Source of the DNA: Caldisericota bacterium
GTDB taxonomy: Bacteria; Caldisericota; Caldisericia; JAAYUI01
Direction: 5' to 3'
NCBI GenBank assembly: GCA_029548865.1
Contig: JAKPMO010000002.1
Span: 96,001-160,000, forward strand
Length of the DNA stretch: 64,000 nucleotides
Shown here piece by piece: positions 49,101 through 56,735 of the stretch (positions within the stretch are counted from its first letter, which is position 1; every line of letters begins with the position of its first letter). Made by a program: the position numbers and the translations under genes. Below the pieces are notes generated by a model, which had not been told where the DNA came from, searched no databases, and saw only the letters and a program-made list of their open reading frames with translations.

Positions 49101-51759
49101 TGTGGAATGGACAGTACTGGCACCAGACAGCCGTAAAGGTTTCTGTGAGCAGGGCCCTTGGTACCTGCTTGTCGGTTGCCGGATTTGTACACGGGTTTAC
49201 AAGAAGGATAAAAGTGAACTTGACCTCCTTATTTGCTGCACCTGCGCCATTCATTGTCACTGCAATTTCATAGATACCAGGGGTGACATTGCCCTTTGGA
49301 ATCAGTGTCATTGTTGTTTTGTTGTTCTCCCTTATCTTGACGGATGAGGGTTTAAATTCAACAGTGACATTAGATAATTCGAAATTTTTTGGATCACAAC
49401 TCAAATTTTCGATAGCTTTTCCGGATGGATGGGTGAGGCACTTTTTGAGTGGCATTGCGTAGCTGAAGCTCACGTTACGATCAAAACCATTTTGTGGGTT
49501 TATGGTTATCTCGAGACTCGCCGGATTGTTGCATTCCATCTCGACAAAGTAACCCTGTTCAGTGGGAAGCGAGTAGCCAAAACCATCAGATGGGAGGACT
49601 ACTGCCTCAATGCTCTGATCGCCTTTGTTTGTAGCTATTTTAATGACTGCTTTCATGGCTTGACCAGCAGTCATGCCTGTTGTGTCTATTTTTACAGTGA
49701 TGAAGTTCACATCACCAACAAATGTTGGTGGGTCTACTGATAGAAATGGGATTTCCTGACTGATTTCGATCTTGCCGGTGAGTGCACCACCAGTCCAGTT
49801 ACGGACTTCAATTCTTCTCTGCCCTTGCTCTCCAACTGGCATTACACCGAAATCGAGTATTTTTGGTGCAACTGTAAACCACACAACGTTGCTTGTCTGT
49901 GGAACGAATGATTCTGTGTCTACTCTTGGGAAATCGAAAATTGCGCTATATGGCACAGACTGGAGCCTGAGGTTTTGTGTGTCGGAGACGATTACCTTGT
50001 CCTCGATGCATGCAAGACCGCTTGGGAAAGAGAAGAAACCAGCAGCTTTTTTGATATCTGGATCATTTGTATCTTCGTTTTCTTCACCTGATTTTGAGAA
50101 GAAGATGGCTCTCCCTGGCCCGCCTGATCTTCCATATATCCATGATCTTCCAGAGGCATTGTCAAAAACAACTACTCTGTCGTTGTAGGTATCTGAAACG
50201 TAGATCTTTCCTGACTGATCATAAGAGCAGTCCTGCGGGAAGAAAAGCTGTTCTTTTCCTCTACCCTTGAAACCGTACTGTTTGACTGGTTTTCCATCGA
50301 GTGTGAATTCCTGGATTCTGCAGTTGCCGGAATCTGCGACTATGAGTTTTCTGCCGTCTGATGAAATTCCGGTTGGGTTGCTGAACTGGCCTGGGGCTTG
50401 GCCATACCCACCAAATTGGTTGATAAACTCGCCGGAAAGCGAGAACACCTGAACAAGGTTGTTTCCAGAGTCGGCGACAAACATCTTGTTGACTGATGAA
50501 ACGACGACAACGTCAGAGGGTGAATTCAACTTTCCATTGCCGTTTCCTGCTGAGCCGATTATCTTTTTGAAAGTTCCATCTACAGTGAATTGTTTGATGC
50601 AATTATTTCCGGCATCTGCCACGTAAATGTTGTCATTCTTGTAATCCACGCCTACTGGATTGGCAAACTGCCTCTCACCTGTGCCAAATGAACCAAATTC
50701 TGATATGAATTTGCCATCTTTGGTCATGATTATGACTTTTTTTCTTGCAAAATCCGCAACCGCGATGTTTTCGCCATTATAGGCCACGCCTGCTGGTCTG
50801 CCGAAGGAGGAGGCAGCCTGTTCGACTGGAAGGCCCAAAATGCCTGCGTATTTTCCATCTTGCTCAAAGACATCTACGCGGTTGTTTGTGTTTGATGCAA
50901 CATAAATCTTGCCATCAAGAATTGTGATTCCGATTGGGTTGCCAAGCTGTCCTTGTCCTGATCCTGGGGAGCCAAATGAGGAAACCGTGGCACCATCGGC
51001 ATTAAGGATTGTTATTTTACCTTCTACGGCATCGGTTACAAAGATCTTGCTTTCGAGGGCCGTTATTCCAAATGGGTGGGAAGAAGATATATTCTGAATG
51101 AATTTTCCGTCAAGATCATAAATCACTATCCTGCCATTTTGTGGATCGGTTACAAACAATTTGGATGCTACAACGCAAACACCGGCTGGGCTGGAAAGCT
51201 TACCATCTTCAATTCCCTTGGAACCGATTGTGTTGATGAATTTGCCGTTAAGGTCCAGTACAACAACATTTGATGCGCCGGAGTTGGCTATATAGATCCT
51301 GTTTTGGTCTATCCAGATGCCCTCCGGTCTCTTAAGGAGCTTCCTGCCATCGGTACCAAATGGCGTGAATTCGCCTTCGTATGGTGAATCTACCTTGTTG
51401 CCCCTTACGAGAATTTTGCCCTGCGACCTGTCAATCCAGTATATCTTTTCTCTATAGGCAAATATTCCACCTGGATCGCTTATCTGTTCCTCATGGTTTC
51501 CATGAAGACCAAAAGCGAACTGGGATTGCCCATTCTTCATTATGGCTTGTGTTCTGAATGCTGCCTGCTCGACGACGTAAACTCTGTTGCCTTCTGATGC
51601 TAGCCAGGAGGGGGACACGAAGGTACCAAGTTTTGGTGGTCCACCAATTGGAACAACACCAAAATCAGAGATGGCACTTGCTTTTCCTGGTACAAATATA
51701 CCTGGCACTAGCCCCATCAGGATCGCAAAACAAAGTGTTAATGATAAAAATTTCTTCAT
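46168..51759 (-). CDS. Giant (1863 aa) surface protein: two NHL beta-propellers, BACON-like, thioredoxin-like/Omp28-like CxxC, Ig, cohesin-like and stalk domains
   Basis: About 12 NHL repeats (GxGxGQFxxPxG...VADxGNxRIQ); ETFTAVWCQYCP; LDFVYDGRYLEVTNVSLG; GKTLLPLRFV. Confidence 0.9.
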   Translation of the reverse strand: MKKFLSLTLCFAILMGLVPGIFVPGKASAISDFGVVPIGGPPKLGTFVSPSWLASEGNRVYVVEQAAFRTQAIMKNGQSQFAFGLHGNHEEQISDPGGIFAYREKIYWIDRSQGKILVRGNKVDSPYEGEFTPFGTDGRKLLKRPEGIWIDQNRIYIANSGASNVVVLDLNGKFINTIGSKGIEDGKLSSPAGVCVVASKLFVTDPQNGRIVIYDLDGKFIQNISSSHPFGITALESKIFVTDAVEGKITILNADGATVSSFGSPGSGQGQLGNPIGITILDGKIYVASNTNNRVDVFEQDGKYAGILGLPVEQAASSFGRPAGVAYNGENIAVADFARKKVIIMTKDGKFISEFGSFGTGERQFANPVGVDYKNDNIYVADAGNNCIKQFTVDGTFKKIIGSAGNGNGKLNSPSDVVVVSSVNKMFVADSGNNLVQVFSLSGEFINQFGGYGQAPGQFSNPTGISSDGRKLIVADSGNCRIQEFTLDGKPVKQYGFKGRGKEQLFFPQDCSYDQSGKIYVSDTYNDRVVVFDNASGRSWIYGRSGGPGRAIFFSKSGEENEDTNDPDIKKAAGFFSFPSGLACIEDKVIVSDTQNLRLQSVPYSAIFDFPRVDTESFVPQTSNVVWFTVAPKILDFGVMPVGEQGQRRIEVRNWTGGALTGKIEISQEIPFLSVDPPTFVGDVNFITVKIDTTGMTAGQAMKAVIKIATNKGDQSIEAVVLPSDGFGYSLPTEQGYFVEMECNNPASLEITINPQNGFDRNVSFSYAMPLKKCLTHPSGKAIENLSCDPKNFELSNVTVEFKPSSVKIRENNKTTMTLIPKGNVTPGIYEIAVTMNGAGAANKEVKFTFILLVNPCTNPATDKQVPRALLTETFTAVWCQYCPFHREGQYRMAEEYGYAEIIPLAYYCDAPNDNSGMTQESHHYRYRWYTQEGLPTTMFNGVWNFSEGDKPFERQAPPPDRLPDRKMSGTSFSYLRFKQRTETYRHMTSPLSLFLQATVDGDEGDAYLEINTLSDVSAYKDLNVYFVLVENNVLFEATNGEREHSLTVMKFLYEKGQKKSPKDEALGDPISLAPGTITKRRIHFEMPGKNYDWKTLTKNCYVVAWIQDNTKKEILQSTMVDLAQPLLTSYTFKQVNGQQTSVQAGSRANFKYILTNTGNIFMDFGIQMTHLGGQNWENSLLVDKVPSPNGGRITLDPMQSSLIELSVEVPPGTSEGTESLFRVEVSDDLSGQSSSSDLKLMVEPAKPPSFEISSSTKFVEVEPSTETSFNLTINPINEYNNPVTLQLAQESQKYFQAKFDPPNGVPPFETKVTIKSSEQLEYFEDGYKIKILATGSDARGEKIEKDITIRATAKLLSLTLKPERKVITSCAINEICRQTEVKINLEPSDIQLKEARLDFVYDGRYLEVTNVSLGQMMTRFGEIADMQYDIKPDRVNIRIKREKGVVADQNENTIVAITLKSTGDKIEIDNVRIGLENVTLLSASGSKALTKSVDETLSIRKNARPPVIHLITPIQKDSPWPDEAESKRRSEQGQINYRDITTTEKSLKISGKCESEEGVKQLTLFVGGNKVQLASDGTFDYTMNLKEGFNNIVIVCQNFTGESDGIMVIAVLDTTPPDLIIDRPSEDQFSMDYSMTTGQNFVEFRGFTEEKAKVTVAGRQVQVRKDPITDDETKRFFFTEKVQLAQGLNEIEVSACDENGNCRQYTYKVTYDPKAGNGKTTKIELWLGKASMLVNGETVKLVTAPTASSPPLPKDLAGSTFMPIAEVAKALDVEVGWNGKDKKVTLTQKLDNGKKKVIELWIGKKTAKIDGKEVFIDSAKKLYPTIVSGKTLLPLRFVGDALGALVEYESKAKKITLTYPKP

Positions 51760-52076
51760 TAAAGCCCCCTTCTAGGTTGTTGTAAATGTATAGGTCCGGT
51801 CATTGTGAAGGAAGTATATTGTCTACAACCTTAAACTCAACGATATTTGGTTTGTGATAAGCTTAAAGTTAAGTTTGTACCCATTTTGATTAAAGCTTCA
51901 CGAATTATTACAGATCGTTCCAGCAAATTTTAAAAAATAGGGTTGATTTCTACTGTGTTCTTTTGCGTAAACTGTTTTTTGATCATTAAAAGATAAATTT
52001 ATTAAGATGCAAAAGTAAAAAACATATTTTAACTGAGGGCTTCTTTGCATTTTTTGCTAAGTGGAACCAAAATTTG

Positions 52077-52104
52077 TTGACAGGGTGGCTCAAGGGTTTA
52101 AGAT
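52077..52104 (+). promoter_or_regulatory. Sigma70-type promoter with no downstream CDS
   Basis: TTGACA-16nt-TAAGAT. Confidence 0.6.
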
Positions 52105-52110
52105 GGACTC

Positions 52111-52194
52111 GCCCAATTTGGGCCACCCTCCTTTTCTTTCCGGGGACTTGTCCCCAAAACCCTAACCCCCTTCCGGCGGGGGTTTCGGTTTTTT
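52111..52194 (+). ncRNA. Candidate small RNA with an exposed anti-Shine-Dalgarno tract
   Basis: Begins 7 nt after the -10; hairpin GCCCA-ATT-TGGGC, tract CACCCTCCTTTTCTTTCC, hairpin GGGGA-CTTG-TCCCC, terminator AACCCCC..GGGGGTT plus T tract. Confidence 0.55.
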
Positions 52195-52447
52195 ATTATA
52201 GGAAATCACCTTGCCATATAAATGGACCAATTGTGAATAATAATGTATGACTATTTATAGTCCAATCAAAAAATACAAGCTATATTTGGTTTATATATCT
52301 GATTGGATTTGGATAAATTGTGAAACCAGAAAAAATTTAGCTAGACCATTAAAACAAAATTAGCGTCTAGAAATTTATAATGGAATGCTATTTTATAAGC
52401 CATTTTTTCAAAATCATTCCAATCTGACAAATGCTTATTTCCAAATA

Positions 52448-52846
52448 TTAATCCTGCTGGTGCACCAGATCCATGAGTGCTTGTGCTGTTTCTTCAAAAG
52501 ATATATAGAGTTTTCTTGTGTTTTCCCTCATGATACTGATTGCCTTGTCCAGTGATTCATCCATGACGTTTTCCAGCAGGATTTTTTTGGATGTTTGCGA
52601 GATTTCGGTGGCCCAATTACCCAATCCTTCTACAGACTTTCCACTGTCATCATCGTCATCGAACTGGTCCCTTATTTCTTCAATCCCTTCCAGGAGTTCT
52701 TCTGATTTGTCTTCAATGAGGTCTTTTTTGCTTTCCAGCAATTCCATAATTGCATCCAGCGATTCAATCTCATATTCGGACATTGCATCTACCTTGTCTT
52801 TAAGTATTTCAAGAAGCTCCATCACCTTTTCTTTGTTTTGATCCAT
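52448..52846 (-). CDS. Acidic helical hypothetical protein
   Basis: TATAAT then AAGGAGG before ATG at 52846; 132 aa, D/E-rich. Confidence 0.8.
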   Translation of the reverse strand: MDQNKEKVMELLEILKDKVDAMSEYEIESLDAIMELLESKKDLIEDKSEELLEGIEEIRDQFDDDDDSGKSVEGLGNWATEISQTSKKILLENVMDESLDKAISIMRENTRKLYISFEETAQALMDLVHQQD

Positions 52847-52886
52847 TTTTTCCTCCTTTGGCATTATACCTTCCCTGTCAAAAAAG

Positions 52887-52916
52887 AAAAACCCCGCAAT
52901 GAAACTGCGGGGTTTT
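52887..52916 (-). terminator. Terminator after the acyl-CoA dehydrogenase gene
   Basis: AAAAACCCCGCA-loop-TGCGGGGTTTT. Confidence 0.8.
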
Positions 52917-52940
52917 GGGTTCGTTCTTTATTAATCAGGC

Positions 52941-54086
52941 TCACACATCTTTGACAATATTGGAGGCGATGACTGACCTCTGTATTTGATTAGTGCCCTC
53001 ATATATCTGGGTTATCTTGGCATCGCGCATCATTTTTTCAACGGGATACTCTTTCATGTAGCCATACCCACCAAATACCTGGACTGCATCCACAGTCACC
53101 TTCATGGCCAGGTCTGTGCAATAGAGCTTTACCATTGCTGATTCTTTTGAATATTTTGTTGCCCCTGAATCAATCCACCTTGCCACGTTGTAGAGCATGT
53201 TTCTTCCAGCTTCAATCTGGGTTGCCATATCGGCAAGCATGAAACTGATTCCCTGGAAGTTGATGATCGGCTGGCCAAACTGCACCCTCTGCTTTGCGTA
53301 GAGAAGTGCTGCCTCGTAGGCACCCCATGCTATTCCAAGCCCTTGTGCTCCAATACCTGGGCGTGACTTGTCAAGGGTCTTCATTGCAACAAGGAAGCCT
53401 TGCCCTTCTGCGCCAATAACGTTTTCGGCAGGGACCCTACAATCCTGGAATACGAGTTCGGTTGTGACTGAGGAACGAATGCCCATCTTGTGCTCGTCTT
53501 TGCCATAAGTGAAGCCTGGCGTGCCCTTCTCGACTATGAAGGCCATGAGGCCCCTTACCCCCTTGGATTTGTCAGCTTGTGCTATGACTGTTGTAAAATC
53601 TGCCACCCTGCCGTTGGTTATGAACTGCTTGGTACCATTGAGCACCCAATGGTCGCCATCCTTGACTGCTGTTGTTGCAATATTGGATGCATCAGAGCCG
53701 GCATTTGCCTCTGTTAATGCAAATGCTGTCAACCATTCGCCAGCAGCGGCCTTTGTAAGGTATTTCTTTTTCTGCTGCTCGTTGCCCATTATGACGATCG
53801 GGAATGAACCAAGGGCATTTACTGCGAAAGAAACCGCCACGCCACCGTCAACTCTTGCAAGCTCCTCGATGATGAGACAGAGTTCAAGCACTCCAAGCCC
53901 GAGACCATCGTATTCTTTTGGAATGTATGTCCTCATCAGGTCTGCCTTGGCGAATTCCTTGATGATTTCCATTGGGAATATGCCCTTTTCGTCGAGTTCA
54001 GCCCTAACTGGCCTGATTTTTTCCTCGGCGATCTTTTTGGCGAGGTTTTTTATCATTTTCTGTTCATCGGTGAGAAAATAGTCCAT
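52941..54086 (-). CDS. Acyl-CoA dehydrogenase (short-chain/butyryl-CoA type)
   Basis: AFALTEANAGSD, LNGTKQFITNG, KMGIRSS, RVQFGQPI, QVFGGYGY, ITQIYEGTNQIQR. Confidence 0.95.
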   Translation of the reverse strand: MDYFLTDEQKMIKNLAKKIAEEKIRPVRAELDEKGIFPMEIIKEFAKADLMRTYIPKEYDGLGLGVLELCLIIEELARVDGGVAVSFAVNALGSFPIVIMGNEQQKKKYLTKAAAGEWLTAFALTEANAGSDASNIATTAVKDGDHWVLNGTKQFITNGRVADFTTVIAQADKSKGVRGLMAFIVEKGTPGFTYGKDEHKMGIRSSVTTELVFQDCRVPAENVIGAEGQGFLVAMKTLDKSRPGIGAQGLGIAWGAYEAALLYAKQRVQFGQPIINFQGISFMLADMATQIEAGRNMLYNVARWIDSGATKYSKESAMVKLYCTDLAMKVTVDAVQVFGGYGYMKEYPVEKMMRDAKITQIYEGTNQIQRSVIASNIVKDV

Positions 54087-54109
54087 CTGTAGACCTCCTT
54101 ACTTTTATT

Positions 54110-54139
54110 TTGACACAACTGATAGAAACTGGTTACAAT
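54110..54139 (+). promoter_or_regulatory. Sigma70-type promoter
   Basis: TTGACA-18nt-TACAAT. Confidence 0.5.
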
Positions 54140-54178
54140 ATGTGGAACATTTTTGTTTTTTGGCAAGTAAGGAGATGT

Positions 54179-55534
54179 ATGAAAAGAACTTTTGTTTTGA
54201 TAATGCTGGTTTTTTTCTTTTGTGCAGGGTGTGGTTGCAATGAAACGACCAGGATCGTTAAGGTAGATGATTCTGGAAACAACAAATCTGTTGCGGATAA
54301 TCAGAATGAAACAACCAACAATGCTCCTCCCGTAAAAGTGGATCCATTTGCAGAAAAGCCCTTTCCTAAAGCGGAACCTGTAAAGGAATGGTTTATGTTT
54401 AAGGGCACCCCGGACAATCTTGGGTTGGTGGATGCCGACATAAAGTTGCCTTTGGGGAAGAAATATGATGAAAAAAACAAGAAGGCCGTAGAATATCGCT
54501 GGGTCTCTTTTTCAGCACCAAATATGAACAGGCTTCTTGGCAATCCTGCCGTTGTAAGGAACAGGATATATTTTGGTTGTGAGATGGGCTTCATCTCATG
54601 CTTTGATTTTATTACAGGCGAACCCAAATGGAGGAATGGCGACCAGATAAAACCAATTATAACTCCAATTGCGGCCAATGATTATGTTGTGGTTTTTGGT
54701 ACCCTTGATGGTGAGGTTTACTGTTATGATGGTCTTTCAGATTCACAATTATGGGTGTTCAAGACTAGCCCAAACATCTCTGCACCACCAAATATTACCG
54801 ATGAGAATGTGAAGAATGGAAGGGTTCATGGCGGGCCAAAAATAGTTGATGACAAAGTTTATTTTGGTGCTTTTGATGGGAAACTCTATTGCCTTAATAT
54901 CAAAGATGGCAAGAAAGTTTGGGAGTTTGCTACCAAAGGGAAAATATACAGCTCCCCTGCCATCTCGGATGGTAGGATATATTTTGCCAATTTTGAGGGA
55001 AAGCTTTTCTGCATTGACCAGAAAACAGGCAAGAAGATATGGGATGCTGACTTGGGCAAGCCAACGATTGCATCTCCGGTTGTCTTCGGGCCCAGGGTCT
55101 GGATTGGCGGCAAAAATTCAAAGATGTTCTGCTTCCAGACAAAAGATGGGAAAAAGCTTTGGGAATACCAGGGGCCAATTTCAGATTATGGCATTGAGTC
55201 AACTCCAGCGCTTGACGAAGAAAACCTCTATTTTGGCGAAACAAAGGGGGGCCTTATTTGTTTGAACTGGAAGACCGGCAAAGAAGTCTACAAAGTCAGC
55301 ATCTCGGATAAACCGCTCAATTCCTCGCCAGTAATCGTCAGAAACATGGTAATGGTTGGCGGTCACGACAAGAATTTTTATGTCATAGACAAGAAGAATG
55401 GGAAAGTGCTGGACACTTTTACAACAAGGGGCAGCATTCTTGCCTCACCCATCATTATTGGAAATGAAGTTCTGGTGACCAGTTACGATTCGAGTATATA
55501 TATCCTCAGGGCAAAGGGAACAAACCCTCCCTGA
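54179..55534 (+). CDS. PQQ-like (BamB-like) beta-propeller lipoprotein
   Basis: AAGGAG RBS; lipobox-like CAGC; repeats SSPxIxDGxVYFGxxDGKLYCL..xGKKxW. Confidence 0.88.
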   Translation: MKRTFVLIMLVFFFCAGCGCNETTRIVKVDDSGNNKSVADNQNETTNNAPPVKVDPFAEKPFPKAEPVKEWFMFKGTPDNLGLVDADIKLPLGKKYDEKNKKAVEYRWVSFSAPNMNRLLGNPAVVRNRIYFGCEMGFISCFDFITGEPKWRNGDQIKPIITPIAANDYVVVFGTLDGEVYCYDGLSDSQLWVFKTSPNISAPPNITDENVKNGRVHGGPKIVDDKVYFGAFDGKLYCLNIKDGKKVWEFATKGKIYSSPAISDGRIYFANFEGKLFCIDQKTGKKIWDADLGKPTIASPVVFGPRVWIGGKNSKMFCFQTKDGKKLWEYQGPISDYGIESTPALDEENLYFGETKGGLICLNWKTGKEVYKVSISDKPLNSSPVIVRNMVMVGGHDKNFYVIDKKNGKVLDTFTTRGSILASPIIIGNEVLVTSYDSSIYILRAKGTNPP

Positions 55535-55536
55535 TC

Positions 55537-56730
55537 CTAGTGATCATCTAATCTGGATTTTTTCCTTACCAGTCTCTCATGGCGGTGCCTCAAACCATCG
55601 ATTGTTGGCGCCGCCATTTCATTTTCAGAGAGCAATTTTATCTGCCTTGCAACGGACATTGCTTTCTCGGTTGCTTCAAGCGCCCTGCCGATGTCTTTTG
55701 TTCTGTGTTCGAAGTGTTTTGCCTGCTCAACCAGAGCTTCAATCACCTGGTATGGGTCATGACAAACATTTTCAAAATGTTTTGCGGCTTTTTCAAACTC
55801 GCCCTGTTTTTTGCAAAGCCTTCCGAGTGCAAACATCGCTTCGTCTCGCAGTTTCTTGTTTGGTGTGTCAGTAGCCCTTTGCATGTATTCCATTCCTTCA
55901 CAAGAAAAGCCTTTTTTCCATAGGTATTGGCCAACTGAAAGCTGTTCTATTGGGTCTTCAAAAAATGGGCTGTCTGGTGTTTCAAAGATTGAGCCAATCA
56001 TTTCCAGTAAAGACATCATGCTCACGACGTCCTGCTGGTTGTGCTCGAACACTCTGGCCATGTCTGTCGGGTTGTTTGTTCTTATGTAATCGAAATAAAC
56101 CTCTGGTATCAATTCCCCTGGAATATCGCCCTCTCTAATTTTTCTAAAAAGGTTGCACTCAAGGCTCTGAAGTGAGCAGGACTGGAGCCTTTTTTTCCAT
56201 ATTATTCTTGATGTGTGCAGAAGGTCCAGGTGATCGAATTCTGAAAAAGGGTTCCTCTCCCTCATCATGAGGTATCTTGTTTCAAGGAGTGGTATATCGA
56301 ATGTTTTTCCGTTGAAAGTTACGATGTGGGTTTTTCCGTCGAAATATTCCCTCAATATAGAGAGCATGTGTGGCTCATCGGAAAATTTTGGCATGAAAAG
56401 CTGGACAGTCTGGAATTTTCCAGAGTCCAGAAAACCGAGGCCGACCATAAAAGCATAGGTTCCTGTTCCACCAGCAAGACCGGTGGTTTCGGTGTCTAGA
56501 AACAAAACTCTCTCTGGAGATATGTCAGCCCCAAGACCGACGAAATTTTTGAGCCTTGAATAGGTCCTTTGTTTTGTTGTCCAGGTTCTTGAGGAGAATG
56601 CCACAAAAACTTTGCTCTGGCCTTTTTGAGACCACTCACCGCTGATAAGCTCCTCCAGAGGAATGCTGGATTTTTTGGCCTGTGATTTGGGTGCACCAAC
56701 AATCCTCTGGAGACGTTCTGAGAGGTCCAT
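55537..56730 (-). CDS. YprB/MrfB-like RNase H-fold exonuclease with C-terminal TPR region
   Basis: FLDTETTGLAGGTGT, VTFNGKTFD, HLDLLH, HNQQDV, AKHFEH. Confidence 0.9.
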   Translation of the reverse strand: MDLSERLQRIVGAPKSQAKKSSIPLEELISGEWSQKGQSKVFVAFSSRTWTTKQRTYSRLKNFVGLGADISPERVLFLDTETTGLAGGTGTYAFMVGLGFLDSGKFQTVQLFMPKFSDEPHMLSILREYFDGKTHIVTFNGKTFDIPLLETRYLMMRERNPFSEFDHLDLLHTSRIIWKKRLQSCSLQSLECNLFRKIREGDIPGELIPEVYFDYIRTNNPTDMARVFEHNQQDVVSMMSLLEMIGSIFETPDSPFFEDPIEQLSVGQYLWKKGFSCEGMEYMQRATDTPNKKLRDEAMFALGRLCKKQGEFEKAAKHFENVCHDPYQVIEALVEQAKHFEHRTKDIGRALEATEKAMSVARQIKLLSENEMAAPTIDGLRHRHERLVRKKSRLDDH

Positions 56731-56735
56731 TTTTA

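Noticed and set aside
52087..52135. Minus-strand leader peptide after AAGGAGG (TTG GGC GAG TCC ATC TTA AAC CCT TGA)
   Set aside because: Only 8 codons, a weak TTG start and no regulatory codon run; the plus-strand promoter and terminator explain the element better, though this is not fully excluded
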